A stretch of 63,997 nucleotides of DNA, the filler included, from Malassezia furfur (taxonomy: Eukaryota), in NCBI GenBank assembly GCA_052055015.1. It is 24 parts of 24 records of this genome, joined end to end, with 100 filler letters (N's around TTAATTAATTAA, not from the genome) between each part and the next. Parts side by side here need not be neighbours in the genome. Positions count along the whole stretch, not along the records: positions 32,650 to 35,245 come from JBQJIT010000879.1; positions 35,346 to 37,937 come from JBQJIT010000880.1; positions 38,038 to 40,613 come from JBQJIT010000881.1; positions 40,714 to 43,289 come from JBQJIT010000882.1; positions 43,390 to 45,961 come from JBQJIT010000883.1; 19 more parts are not named here. One strand, given 5' to 3'. Positions 33,519-46,061 of the stretch are shown piece by piece (the stretch's first letter is position 1; each line of letters starts with the position of its first letter). The position numbers and the translations under genes were made by a program. The notes under the pieces were generated by a model. It was not told the origin of the DNA and made no database searches. It saw nothing but the letters and a program-made list of their open reading frames with translations.

Positions 33519-35245
33519 CTACCCCAGTCCAAATCCCGTGCTGTGCGCGAGCGCGACGCGCACCTTGGCCTCGAGTGCCGCGCGCGAATCGTACACGGGC
33601 AGGAACAGCGTCGAGGTGCATGTGCTGCTCCACGGTACGCGCGCCGTGCCGAGCTGCGCGTAGGGGTCGTCGACGTGCTGAATGCGCAGGCCGACGCTCG
33701 CGGCGCCCATCGCCGGCACGCGCGGGCTGCCCGTGATGAAGCCAAGCAGCGCGTGCTGCGACGCAGGGTCCAGCGACGCCCACACCGCCCAGAAGTGCTC
33801 GACGTTCGCGTGCACCTGCGCGCCGTACCGCGACGCGCGCGCGGGGAAGCCGACATGCGCGGCTCTCGCGCGCAGCGCGTCGACGTCGAGCACGCGCTCG
33901 TCGCGCCCACGCAGCAGCGTCTCGAGCTCCTCGGGCTGCAGCAGCTGCAGCGGCGACCGCGCGACGGGCGTCGGCGGCGCGGCGACGCGCACAAACCCGC
34001 GCGTGAGCGCGTCGAGCGGCGCGCGCACCGCGTCGTGCAGCACCCACGTGCAGACGCGCGCGGCGTACGCGTCGCGATCCGCGGCCGTCACGACGGGCGC
34101 GCCCGGCGCGAGCGGGTAGACGTGCGCGCCGTGCGCTACGGACCAGGTGAGGTGCATTGCGTCCTCGACCGAGCGCCCGCTGCGCTCGTCGTACGCAAGC
34201 AGCTGCGCAAGCCCCGCAGCGAGCGCGGGTCGGATGGGCCGCAGCGCCGCCAGGTCCGTAGGCGGCGGCGGCGCGGCGTGCGCGGCGTGCAGCAGGTGCG
34301 CATACATGCGCACAGGGAAGCGCAGCGGCAGCGTCACGCCGTGCACGAGCGCCAGACCCAGCACGATGCCGAGCAGCTCGAGGCGCTGCAGCGCGTCGTG
34401 CGCCTCGGCGTCGTCGGCGTCCGGCGCACGCGGCGCGAGCCATAGGACGCCGCGCTGTGGGTCCTCGTCTATGTCGGCCAAGAGGCCCGCACTCGGCGCG
34501 CACAGCGCCTCGCACACGAGCAGCAGGTACTCTTTGAGCACGCCGCCCGCATCCTGTGCGAGCTCGTTGTCAAACGTCACCTTCATAGGCCGCAGCAGCG
34601 CCGTAGCGTCGAGCGACAGGAGCGGCAGCGAGTCGTCCACGAGGTGCGTGCGCCGCACATGCACCGCACACACGCCGTGCGCCGCGTCGTCGTCGAGCGG
34701 CCCGGCAGCGCCGCCCGCCGGCGCGGCGGCCCCTGCCGCGGCTTGTATGCCTGCTGCGACGTGCGCATGCGCACGCGACGTCGGCGGATAGGGCGCATGG
34801 GCGTGCACCCACGCGTACGTCGACGCCTGGCGCATCGCCTGCCGCGCCTCCCACGCGAGGATCTGCACCTTGGCGCCGAGGCTCAGCACGCACGGCTCGT
34901 CACAGAGCGGGTGCATGCCGCGCTCCGTCCACGGCGCGTGCACCCACTCCTGGTACTCGTCGAGCGCGAAGCCAAGCTCGGTCGCCACGGCGTAGAACGC
35001 CGCGACGCCGCAGCGCGCGTCGGCAGGCCGTGCGACATTGGCGTCCCAAACGTGGCCAAGGAGCGCGAGCAGCGAGCGCAGCTGTGCGTCCGTCGCTGCC
35101 GGAAGGATGCGCGCGTGCTGCCGCGCGGCGTGGTACGACCCGACGCGCGCACTGATGCCCGTGCTGGTGCGCGTCGCGAGGCGCTCGAGACGCCCCGTCG
35201 TATACGCGCCGAGCACCTCGCTCGGCGCCGCCCACGCCTGCCGCG
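33519..35245 (-). CDS. HECT E3 ubiquitin ligase (Hul4/HERC-like, 5'-partial)
   Basis: VRR.HLVDDSL, DAGGVLKEY, LLGFITGSPRVP, WSSTCTSTLFLPVY, GFGL. Confidence 0.9.
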
Positions 35246-35345
35246 NNNNNNNNNNNNNNNNNNNNNNNNNNNNNNNNNNNNNNNNNNNNTTAATTAATTA
35301 ANNNNNNNNNNNNNNNNNNNNNNNNNNNNNNNNNNNNNNNNNNNN

Positions 35346-35703
35346 ACACGAGGCGCCCCGGGAAGAGGAGGTGCTGGATGTAGTAGGTGGTGCCGCCGAC
35401 AAGGATCGGCAGCGTGCTGCGTTCGTGCATGTCGGTGCAGAGCCGCGTGGCGTCCGCGACAAACTGGGTGATGTCGTACTCGTGTGTGGGCGGGAGGAAG
35501 CTGAGCAGGTGGTGCGGGACGCCGCGCATCTCGTCGGCGGGCGCCTTGTTGGTGATCACGTCGAGGCCCTCGTAGGTCTGCATGCTGTCCGCCGAGACGA
35601 TTTCTGCGTGGGTGAGCGAGGCCAACTCCACGCCGAGCTGCGACTTGCCCGTGCCGGTGCTGCCAACGACGGCGAGGAGCGGCGTGTCGTCGCGCGCGAG
35701 ATC
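35346..35703 (-). CDS. MOD5: tRNA dimethylallyltransferase (Mod5/TRIT1) N-terminal exon without own ATG (3'-partial)
   Basis: LLAVVGSTGTGKSQLGVELA..AEIVSADSMQTYEGLDVITNK, VPHHLL, PILVGGTTYYIQ; preceded by CTGAC..TAG acceptor. Confidence 0.92.
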
Positions 35704-35733
35704 CTAGAGGGGTCAGAATTTGCGTCTAAGGCA

Positions 35734-37855
35734 CTACAGCTCAAGGTCCTGAAGTCGCGCTGTGTGTTGGCATCTGTCCAGACGACCGCAGTCCCTGCGC
35801 CGTCCTGCGCCGCAAAAGTACTCACCTTGCTGATCATCGCCGCGGCAATCGGGTGGTCTGGGTGAGCGGCGCGCACGTACAGAAGCTCCGGTGCTCCGCA
35901 AACGTCTTGCGCGCGAGCGGCGCATTCGCCTTGTACAGCGCCTTGTAGATCGCGCGGCAGTACTTCATGCGCCCCTTGTCCTTGACCTGTGTTAGCTTAT
36001 GACGCACCCAGTCGGCGGCCTTCTTCTCGTAGCCGCTGTGCGGCGTCGCGAGCGCCAGCTCAAAGAAGCGCAGCGGGATCTCGTCGTTGGCGTTGTCCGC
36101 CAGCGCATACGCCTCGTCGAGCCACTGCACCGCGTACTTGGGCAGCGGGCCCTGCGACGCGAGGTGCTCGAGGAAGACGACCTTCTGGTTCGCGTTCCAG
36201 CCGTCCATGTCGCCCGCGGCGAACGTGCGCTGCGCGTCGGCGCGCGTCGGCGCCTCGCCGACGACCGAGCGCCACGCGTCCGCAAGCTCGTAGGCGTCGC
36301 GCGCGAGCGTCGTGTCGTACTCCATCGCGACCGGGAGCTTGGTGCCCTCGCCGTAGATCCACGCATCGAAGTCGACCTGCTGCAGGCGGCGCGACACCTC
36401 GGCGTTGTCCGCGTAGTACGCGAGGAGGTGCGCCTTCCACTGCTCGGTGCTCACCGCGCGGTCGTGGAAGGCGTGGAAGTACGCCTTGATGTACGGCGCA
36501 AAGACGTCCAGGCCGCCGACGACGCGCTCGAGGTGCAGGAGGAAGTTGGCGCCCTTGTCGTACGGGATCGTGCTGAACGCGTCGTCGGGGTCCTCGCCGT
36601 CCTCGTAGCCGGGCACGAGGCGCTGGAAGCGCGGCTTGTCCGCAAAGCCCTCGAGCGCCGCACGCAGCGCACGCGCGCCGATGATGTACGAAAAGCCGCG
36701 GTGCGCGGGGCCCTCGGCGTCGCCGTACTTCTTCTGGAGCAGGAGGCGCTCGAGGTACACGGTCCAGCCCTCGTTGAGCCAGAACGAGTCCCAGTTGACA
36801 CACGAGGTGAGGTTGCCGCTCCACGAGTGGCACAGCTCGTGCAGCAGCACGTCCGTCGCGCTGCGGTCGCCGCACACGAGGCTCGGCGTGAGCGTCGTGA
36901 GGTTCGCGTTCTCCATGCCGCCGTACGGGAACGACGGGGGGAGCACCACCGAGTCGTAGCGCGTCCACACGTACGGCGAGACGACCTCCTCGGCGAGCGC
37001 CAGGAAGCGCTCGGCGTCCGCCTCAAACTCCCACTGCACGGCGTCCGCGTCGGGCGCCTCGGCCCACACGCCCGTGCGCGGGCCGAGCGTGCGGAAGGTG
37101 AGCTCGCCGCCGACGATCGCGATCAGGTACGTCGGGATCGACACGGGCTGGCGGAAGGTGTACTGCTTCTGGCCGCCGCCGACGTCCTTCGGCTCGGCGG
37201 CCTGCAGCGCCGACATCAGCACGGGGATCGACGAGGTGACCGACGCCGTGTACGTGATCTTGCGCCCGGGCGCGTCGAAGCACGGCACGAGCGAGCGCGC
37301 GTGGATCGCCTGGCACTGCGAGTACAGGAAGGGCGCACGCTTCGCATGCGTCTGCTCACGCGACAGCCAGCCGAGCGCCGTGCACGCGTCGGTCGTCGTG
37401 TACGCGATCTCGACGGTGACCTCGGTGCCCGCTTCGCGCGCGCCGAGCTGCACCACGAGCGGCTGGCCGAGCGCCTTGTGCCGCGGGCGCAGCTCGGCCT
37501 CGGCCGGCTGCCCATCGACGCGCACGGTGCCGATGTCGAGGTACGACGTGTCAAACACGGCCTGCGACGTGCCCTGCTCGAGCACATGCAGCGTGTGCGT
37601 CACGGTGCCCGCGATGCGCTTCTGCTCCCAGTCGACGGTCCAGTCGAGGTGCAGGCGCTCGGGGCGCAGCTCGTTCAGGTTCGACAGCGAGTGCCGGTCG
37701 AAGATCTTGCCCTGCGGCGGCGCGGGGATCGCGTCCGGCGCAGGCGGCGTCCAGGTCTTTTCGCTCATCTGCGCAGCGTGCGTAGCAGCGGGAAGCGTCG
37801 CACGGGTTCGCACACAGCCGAGGGACGAGAAGGTGCGTGCCAGCAGTCGTAGCAT
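35734..37855 (-). CDS. LAP2: leukotriene A4 hydrolase / M1 aminopeptidase; introns 35987-36007, 35858-35880, 35749-35825
   Basis: SQCQAIHARS, FPYGGMEN, HELCHSWSGN..WLNEGWTVYLER, GRMK, FYHPIA..ISK|DLEL*; second ATG at 37768. Confidence 0.94.
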
Positions 37856-38037
37856 GCGCGAAGATAAGTATCACGTGCGGGCTGCGGGGGAAGGCGCAGC
37901 GGCGGGCCGAGCCGCACCGCAGCAGCGGTGCGCGCGGNNNNNNNNNNNNNNNNNNNNNNNNNNNNNNNNNNNNNNNNNNNNTTAATTAATTAANNNNNNN
38001 NNNNNNNNNNNNNNNNNNNNNNNNNNNNNNNNNNNNN

Positions 38038-38418
38038 TCCCCCGCGCCGCCGACGCGCTTCAACGCGTTGGCGCTCACGGGGCTGCCCGCGCACCTCGTC
38101 GCGGACCCTGCGTCGCTCACGCCGATGCTGGCGCCCGCGGCGCGCGACGGGCGCCGGTCGTGGCACGTCGACGCGCTCGACACGCAGCTCGTGCTGCGCG
38201 ACATCCAGCTGGAGCCGCAGAGCGCCGCGGCGGTCGCGAGTGCGAGCGCCGGCGCGGGCGACGGGCCGTGTGCGGACCTCGCGCCTTCGGAGCGGCGGCT
38301 CGTGGCGCTCGCGGACGAGATCCGCGCGGTGCTGGGTGCGCCGGTCGCGGTGGAGCTGGTCGGCTACGACGCGCGTGCGCGGCGCGTCGTGGAGACGTGG
38401 GCGGCGGCGCGTGCCTAG
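38038..38418 (+). CDS. hypothetical protein C-terminus (5'-partial)
   Basis: open frame with GC3-rich codons to TAG. Confidence 0.5.
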   Translation, partial: SPAPPTRFNALALTGLPAHLVADPASLTPMLAPAARDGRRSWHVDALDTQLVLRDIQLEPQSAAAVASASAGAGDGPCADLAPSERRLVALADEIRAVLGAPVAVELVGYDARARRVVETWAAARA

Positions 38419-38500
38419 CATAGGGATACCCGGGCTGCGGCCCACGTGTAGGCTACAGAGACGGTATGCGCGCGCAGTCTACGTACGTACGGCGGCGGGC

Positions 38501-39487
38501 CTAGGCGCGTGCGAGGAACGCCTTGGTGAGCTGGTAGATGCGCTCCTTGGACGCAAACAGGATGGCGGCGGTGAGGATCGACTGCAGCATCTTGGACGAG
38601 ATGCCGCGGTACAGGCCGCCGACGCCCTCCTCGTGGACGACCTCGGTCATGGCGGTGATCACGTTGACCTTCTTGCGGCCCTTGGACGCCTCGTTGCTCA
38701 TCGCCTGCTGCCGCGACTTGAGCACGATCTGCGGGTAGGTCACGGCGGTCGCCACGAGCTTGCTCAGCGCGCCGAGCCAGAAGAAGTCGAGGTCGTTGAG
38801 CAGCGGCTGCGTGCTCGCCGGCGCACGCTTGGCGGCGCGCGAGCGCAGCATCCACGCCTTGAGCTGCTCAAACACGGTGTACTGCAGCACCGGGTTGATG
38901 ACGAGCACGAGCGCGGGGCCGATGCCCTTCCACAGCGCCGCGACGCCGTCCTGCTCGACGATGCGCCGCAGCGTCTCGAGGAACGAGAGGCGCTTGACCA
39001 CCTTCTTGGGCGCCGGCTTGCCGTCCGGCTGCGTGCGCGTCTCCTCTGGCGGCGGCTCGATCGTCGCACGCACCGTCTGGCGCGTGTTGACCACCCAGAT
39101 CGGGTTGCTCACGAGCGCGGTCGCGGTGCCTGCGAGCAGCCCGGCGACGATGCTCTCGGCGGTGGTCAGCGTGCCGAGCGCCGCCGACGTCGACGACGCG
39201 AGGCGCTTCGACGTGATGATAAAGTCGCGCGTCGCCTCGAAGAAGAAGTAGTATACAAAGTTGCTCACGCCGATGCCCAGCAGCGACGAGCTCAGCCCGT
39301 CGTACAGGCCGCGCACGCCCTCGGCGGCCAGCACCTTGGTCACGGCCTTGACCATCGACTCGCCGGGGTTCTTGGAGCGGTCCACGGCCGCGCGCGTCGA
39401 GATGGCCATCAGGGGATACGTCGCCGTCATGGCGACCAGGCCGCCGGCACCACCGGAGCATGCATGCACAAACGATTCACTGACCAT
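38501..39487 (-). CDS. peroxisomal carrier PMP47/SLC25A17-like (mitochondrial carrier family)
   Basis: [51 protein letters not shown]. Confidence 0.9.
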   Translation of the reverse strand: MVSESFVHACSGGAGGLVAMTATYPLMAISTRAAVDRSKNPGESMVKAVTKVLAAEGVRGLYDGLSSSLLGIGVSNFVYYFFFEATRDFIITSKRLASSTSAALGTLTTAESIVAGLLAGTATALVSNPIWVVNTRQTVRATIEPPPEETRTQPDGKPAPKKVVKRLSFLETLRRIVEQDGVAALWKGIGPALVLVINPVLQYTVFEQLKAWMLRSRAAKRAPASTQPLLNDLDFFWLGALSKLVATAVTYPQIVLKSRQQAMSNEASKGRKKVNVITAMTEVVHEEGVGGLYRGISSKMLQSILTAAILFASKERIYQLTKAFLARA

Positions 39488-39743
39488 GGCGCGTCGGGGG
39501 GAGAGGTCTGGGAAGAAAACGAAAATCCGGCGTGGGGGTTCGGAGGCGGCTTGGCACCCTGTGGGTGGTGGCCGCGCCCCCCCGCCTCCCCCCGCTCCGC
39601 GTTCGGCCGTGCGGGGGCGCGTGCGCCGGTGGGTGCTGACTCAGCGGCGTCGCGGAAGTATGCGTGGTGCGCGTCCCCGATCGGCGAGACGTGCGGCGGG
39701 GCGTGGTCGCCGCTCGTTTTTCGTTCGCGAACCCACCCAAACG

Positions 39744-40376
39744 ATGACGGGGCTGTCTCCCGATTATGACTATCTGTTCAAGCTGCTGCTGATCGGCGAC
39801 TCGGGCGTCGGCAAGTCGTGTCTGCTGCTGCGTTTCGCGGACGACACGTACACCGAGTCGTACATCTCGACGATCGGCGTCGACTTCAAGATCCGCACGA
39901 TCGAGCTCGAGGGCAAGACGGTCAAGCTCCAGATTTGGGACACCGCGGGGCAGGAGCGGTTCCGCACGATCACCTCGTCGTACTACCGCGGCGCGCACGG
40001 GATCATTGTCGTGTACGACGTGACCGACGAGGCGACGTTCAACAACGTCAAGCAGTGGCTGCAGGAGATCGAGCGCTACGCCTGCGAGGGCGTCAACAAG
40101 CTGCTGGTCGGCAACAAGGCGGATCTGACGGGCAGCAAGCAGGTCGACTACGAGACCGCGAAGCAGTTCGCCGACCAGCTCAACATCCCCTTCCTCGAGA
40201 CGAGCGCCAAGGACGCGACGAACGTCGAGCAGGCGTTCCTGACCATGGCCAAGCAGATCAAGGACCGTATGGGCGCTTCGGCGATGCAGAACAATGCGCA
40301 GGGCGCAGGAAAGTCGGCACTCAAGGTCGGCCAGGGCCAGAACGTGCAGTCGCTCGGCCAGGGCGGATGTTGTTAG
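39744..40376 (+). CDS. YPT1: Rab1 GTPase Ypt1
   Basis: [37 protein letters not shown]-terminal GGCC. Confidence 0.97.
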   Translation: MTGLSPDYDYLFKLLLIGDSGVGKSCLLLRFADDTYTESYISTIGVDFKIRTIELEGKTVKLQIWDTAGQERFRTITSSYYRGAHGIIVVYDVTDEATFNNVKQWLQEIERYACEGVNKLLVGNKADLTGSKQVDYETAKQFADQLNIPFLETSAKDATNVEQAFLTMAKQIKDRMGASAMQNNAQGAGKSALKVGQGQNVQSLGQGGCC

Positions 40377-40404
40377 GCAGTGTAGCGTGATAGACGGCGA
40401 GGGT

Positions 40405-40613
40405 CTATGAGAGGTCCAGCGGCTCCGCAGGGGCGGCCGCCGCAGGGTCCGCCGCGGGGTCCGTGGCGCCCGGCGCCGTTGGCGCAGCAGGCGTCTCGGG
40501 GTCGGCGACAGCAGGCGCCGGAGCACCCGGCGCAGGCGCTTGGGCCTCTTGGGCGCCCTGGGCAGCCGGTGCAGGCGCTTGGGCCTCTTGGGCGCCCTGG
40601 GGGGCCTCGGCCG
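40405..40613 (-). CDS. Ala/Pro-rich C-terminal tail of unknown gene with duplicated QGAQEAQAPAP (5'-partial)
   Basis: direct repeat 39 nt apart at 40532/40571; frame ends EPLDLS*. Confidence 0.45.
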
Positions 40614-40845
40614 NNNNNNNNNNNNNNNNNNNNNNNNNNNNNNNNNNNNNNNNNNNNTTAATTAATTAANNNNNNNNNNNNNNNNNNNNNNNNNNNNNNN
40701 NNNNNNNNNNNNNGCTCGCGCGCGTTGCGGGAGTGCGACGCACCCATCACGTCGTGGTCGTGAGCGGGTCCGGGGGGTTGCGCAGCGGCGTGCCTTGCCA
40801 CCCCTGCCTGCACGTGATGGCACGCGCACGCTCGCATTGGCCACC

Positions 40846-43289
40846 ATGCAGACGCCCCTGATAGCGCTGCCGGTCAAGGAGACGCGCGAGGTGGAGCTCG
40901 CGAAGCCGCTCGCGGCGCTCATACGCACCGCGTACGAGCAGCGTCCCGAGTCGTTCCGCGCTGACCTGGAGCGCGTCGAGCAGACGCGCAAGGACGCGAC
41001 CGACAAGGCGGCGAGCGACGACACCGCGCGCGACCTGCTCTTTAGCTGGTTCCACATGCTCGAGATGCTCGAGCTGCGCTTCCCAGAGCTGCGCGTGTCG
41101 TTTGCGTGGCGCGACGCCTTCACGGGCACCGAGGTCACCCAGCAGGCACTCGCGTACGAAAAGGCGAGCGTCATCTACAACTGTGCCGCGCGCATCTCGG
41201 CCGTCGGCATGCAGCTCGACCGCCGCGACACGCAGAGCGACAATGTGAAGCGCAGCTACGCGGCGTTCCGCCAGGCCGCCGGGCTCCTCGACTACATCCA
41301 CTCGAACTTCTTGCACGCGCCGAGCGGCGACCTCAGCAGCAAGTTTGTGCAGTCGCTCAAGACGCTCCTCCTCGCACAGGCTGCCGAGATCTTCCTGGAG
41401 AAGACCATCGCCGACCACAAGGGGCCCGCGCTCATCGCCAAGCTCGCGACGCACGTCGCGCGCACCTACACGAACCTCGCGGACGAGTGGCAGGACACGA
41501 CCAAGTTTGGCGCCATCCCACCCATGTGGCGCAGCGTCACGCAGTACAAGGCCAAGTACGCCGCGTCCCAGGCACAGTTCTTCCAGGCGCGCGCAGACGA
41601 CGCGGCGGGCAAGCACGGCATCGCGCTCGTGCGCCTCCGCGTCGCCGACCAGCTCGCCAAGGACGCGGCGCGCATCGTGGCCAACTTGCACTGGTTCAAC
41701 TACCAGTCGCTCGTGTTCACCGCGACGCTGCCCGCCGACGCGGCCGCCGCCGCCGCCGCCGAGATCAAGGCACACGCCGCCGAGGTCGCCGAGGCGCGCC
41801 GCGTCGCCGAGCGCGACAACGACCTCGTGTACCACGAGCTGCTCCCCGCCGAAGACATGCTGCCGGCGCTCGACGCGACCAACGTCGCGACTGCCATCCC
41901 GATCCGCGAGACGTTTGCGCTGCCTGACGTGCAGCGTGTGCTCGGCGCCGACATCTTCCCGACGCTCGTGCCCCTCAGCGTGCACGAGAGCGCCAGCATG
42001 TACTCCGAGGAGCAAGCCAAGCTCGTGCGCGCCGAGACCGAGCGTGTGGAGAGCGCCAACGAGGAGCTGCAGGCGGCGCTCGCGTCGATGAACGTACCGC
42101 AGGCGCTGGCCGTGTACGATGCGCTCGAGGGCCGCGCGGCGTCGACGGAGCCGTCCGCGACGCTCCTCGACGACGCACAGATCGTTGCGGCCGGCCGCCC
42201 GATCGCGTCCATCGACAGCGACGTGCAGCGGCTCACGCGGCCGCAGCCGGCCGGCGCGCTGCTGGACGAGGCGCTCGCGAGTCTCGACGAAGAGAACCGC
42301 GCGTGCGAGCGCATGCGCGTCGAATACGCGCACCGCTGGACGCAGGAGCCGCTCGCGAGCGCCGCCCGCACGCTGCGCCGCGACCTGACCAGCCACCGCG
42401 ACGCACTGCACGAGGCGCAGCAGCACGACGCAGACCTGGCGTCGCTCTGGACGTCGGTGCGTGCCGACGTCCAGCTGCTTCAGCAGGGCCCCGATGCGGT
42501 ACGCAGCGCCCTCGAGCGCGCCGCGCACTCGGCGCGCGCACAAGACGCGCCGAGTTTGGTGGATGTCGACGACGACGACGCGGACAGCGCCGCCTCGCGC
42601 GCGGCGCTCGAGCGCGCGCGGCGCCTGCCGCCGCAGCGCAGCGAGCAGCTGCAGGAGCTCAAGACGCGCGTGCGTGGCGACGACATCTCGCGCGTGCTGC
42701 TGCTCAACCGGCGCATCCAAAACATCGAGCCGAAGGTGTTTGCCGCCGAGCTCGCCAAGTACACGCCGCTGCAGGCGCAGCTGGTTGACAGCATCACGCA
42801 GCAGAATGCGCTGCTCGACGAGCTGCGCACGGGGCTCGCGACGCTCGCGACGCACCCAGGCACCGCCGCGGTGCGCAAGCAGCGCGACGCACGCACGCGC
42901 GCGTGTGCGGCATTGGAGCAGCGCCTCACGCGTGCCTTCGACGCGTACTCGGAGGTGTGTGCCGTGCTCGAAAAAGCCACCCACTTTTACGCCGAGCTCG
43001 CGCAGCAGGCCGAGCGCCTGCGGGGCGAGACGGACGCGCTACTAGCGACGCGGCGCACCGAGCGCCAGGCGCTCGCACAGTCGCTCGCGTGGGACCACGC
43101 GGGGGGCGGCGCGGCCGACCGCTATCCATCGCCCAATGCCCCTGAGCCGAACTATGCGCGCTACGGAGGGGGCAGCACACAGGTGTCGTCGGGGTCGATT
43201 GCCGACGACCTCCGTGCGCTGCAACTCGAGAGCGGCCCGCCCCGGCCCGCGTACGGCGCACCGCCGGTGGCGCGGGCCGCTCTCGAGTT
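40846..43289 (+). CDS. BRO1: ESCRT accessory Bro1/ALIX (3'-partial)
   Basis: MQTPLIALPVK, FAWRDAF, LAYEKASVIYN, ERDNDLVYHE, LVPLSVHESASMYSEE, V domain. Confidence 0.92.
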
Positions 43290-43389
43290 NNNNNNNNNNN
43301 NNNNNNNNNNNNNNNNNNNNNNNNNNNNNNNNNTTAATTAATTAANNNNNNNNNNNNNNNNNNNNNNNNNNNNNNNNNNNNNNNNNNNN

Positions 43390-45961
43390 TGGCGGTGGCG
43401 GTGGTGGCGCGTCAGCAACGCCCGCCGCGGACGCCGACGAGGACGAGGCGGCGGCGCCCAAGGGCCCCGTGCGCGTGCCGCTGTACCCCCCCGCGGAGCT
43501 GCTCGAGGTGGTGCATACGCACGTGGCATTGCGCGCCGGCGCGCCGTGGCGTGCGCGCTACGGCGCGGTGCTCGTGTACGCGGCGGTGCTGGCGCGCGCC
43601 GGCCCCGCGTGGGTCGAGGCGGCGTACGCCGAGGTGCTGGCGCACCTGCTCGACACGGTGGCACAGCACACGCTGGGTGCGCTGGACGCCGACGAGGCGG
43701 CGCCGCTGCGTGTGGCGCTGAGCTGGGTGGTGCGGCACTACTTGTGTGCGACGCTGTCGGAGCCCGCGCAGGCGCGTGCGGCGGTGCAAGTCGGGACGCA
43801 TGTGCTGGGTGCGTGGCCTGCGCGCACGCCGCAGAGTGCGCCGCCCGGCGAGGCGGCGCTGGGCCTCGCGCTGGAGCTGAGTGCAGCGCTTGTGGCGCAG
43901 CTGGGCGGTGTGACGCGCGAGGTGCACGAGGCGCTGTACGAGCCGGTGGTGACGCTGCTTGCGCACCCCGTGCGCGGCGTGCAGGTGCGCGCGGCGTGGT
44001 GGCTGCGCGTCGCGTGCGATGTGCATCCTGCGCTGCTGGCGCCGACGTACACGCGGCTGCTGGAGGCGGTGCGGCGCGACGTGGGTGCGCTGCGCGCCGC
44101 GCAGCCCGACGGGGGTGTGGGGCTGCGTGCGCGGCTCGGAGGCCACAGCGGCGCGCTGGCGGCGCTTGTGGCGGTGGCGGCGGCGCAGCCGCTGTATGCG
44201 CAGCACACGGACGCCGAGGAAGTGTTTGTGCTGGCGACCGAGCTGCTGCAGCAGGTCGCGACGCACCCCCTGCGCGAGGCGGCGGCGGCGGTCGGTGCCG
44301 CGTGGACGCTGCTGGGCTCGCTGCTGGCGCTGGGCCCGCTGTTTGTGCGCGCGCACTGGGCGCGGCTGCTGCAGCTGTGGCGCAATGCGCTTGCGGCGCC
44401 GCCGCTGCAGGGCCCGCTCGACGAGGGCGCGTGGGCGTTTCTGCTGGGCGTGCGCGAGCATGCGCTGCATGCGCTGCTCGCGTGCTTCCTGCACGGCGGC
44501 GCCGCGGCGGTGCTCACGGGCGAGAGCGCGCGGCGGCTTGTGGGCATGCTGGGCCACGTGCGCGTCATGCTCGACACGCTGCCGCCCGCGGTCGAGGAGC
44601 AGCCGGCGCTGCGTGCGCGGGCGGCGCGTGTGCGTGCGCTGCTGCTGCGGTGCTGCACGCAGCTGGCCGGCGACGCGGCGCTGCAGCCGCTGCACGCGGC
44701 GCTCGTGCAGCTGGCGCTGCGCGTGTTTGCGCGCCCCGAGCGGTTTGGCGGAAGCGCCGCGCAGGCGGCGATCAGCGCGAGCCTCGGGGCGGCGCCCGCG
44801 TCGCTGTGGACGAGCGGCGAGGCGGGGGCGGCGGGCGTCACGTCGCTGCTTGTGCCGCGGCGCGACGGTGTGGCGGGCGCGACGGCGGCGCTCGACGCGT
44901 GGTGTGCGCCGTTTGTGCCCGCCGCGTATGTGGCGCCGACGTGGATGCGCGACGTGCGCGTGTACGGCTTTGGCGCGGCGCTCGAGGCGCTGGCGCACAC
45001 GCCCGCCGTCGGTGCGCTGGAGACGGAGCCCGGCGCGCTGTATGTGGCGCCGGCGGCGCGCGCGGGCGACGACGCGTACCGTGCGTGGCTGCCCGAGATG
45101 CCGGCGCCCGTCGGCGGCGCGGTCGCCGAGGTGGATGCGGCGCTCGAGGTGTTTGCGGCGCTGCTCCCGTTTGTGGCGCGCGACGTGCAGGTGGGTGCGG
45201 TGGAGGCGGTGGCGCACGTGGCGACGCGTGCGCCCGGCCTCGAGCGGCACGCGGCGCGGCGCACCGTGGTGCTGGCGAACGGTGTCGTGGCGCTGCTCGG
45301 TGCGCTGCGCACGGCGATGCACGCCGGCAACGCGGCGCGGCGCCCCGCGGGCTTCGCGAACGACCGTGTGACGCAGGCGGTGCAGCGCGTTGCGCAGGCC
45401 GCGCTCGTGCACGGCGACGCGATGCTGCGTGCGAGCGCGGGCGAGGTGTACGGCCGGCTCGCGGCCGTCGCCGGGTCGCACGCGGTGTCGGCGCAGGTGC
45501 CGTTTGTCGTGGCGCAGATCGTCGACAACCGGCACGCGGACGCGCGCGCGAGCTGTGCGTATGCGGCGGGCCAGGTGTATGCGCGGGTCGGCGGCCTGCA
45601 CGCCGCGCCGCTCACCAAGACGCTCGGCCGGCTGCTTGTGTCGCTGGCGCGCGACCCGCACCCCGTGGTGCAGTGTGCGGCGCTCGATGCGCTGCAGCTC
45701 GTCGTGGAGGCGGCGTCGCTCGCGTACCAGCCGTACGTCGCGTCGACGCTCGGCGTGCTGGGCGAGCTGGTGGCGCTGCCGACGCACGAGCCCGAGGGCG
45801 GGAGCGTCGGCAGCAGCAACCTGCGTGCGACGCTCCCCGTGTATAGTGGTGTGGCGCGCGTCGCCGGCGCGCTCGTCGGCGTGCTGGGCGCGGACCTGCG
45901 TGCGGAGCGTGCGCGGCGCGCGCAGCTGCAGGCGCTGCTCGGCGTGCTCGCGCACGACCAC
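43390..45961 (+). CDS. HEAT-repeat AP-1 accessory protein Laa1/HEATR5 (internal fragment)
   Basis: AWTLLGSLLALGP.FV, LLQLWRNAL, NR..ARASCA, LARDPHPVVQ.AL. Confidence 0.8.
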
Positions 45962-46061
45962 NNNNNNNNNNNNNNNNNNNNNNNNNNNNNNNNNNNNNNN
46001 NNNNNTTAATTAATTAANNNNNNNNNNNNNNNNNNNNNNNNNNNNNNNNNNNNNNNNNNNN

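Noticed and set aside
35704..35737. Alternative short intron GTAGTG..TAG joining the DLEL exon to MOD5
   Set aside because: Weak donor, and the junction would be out of frame with MOD5
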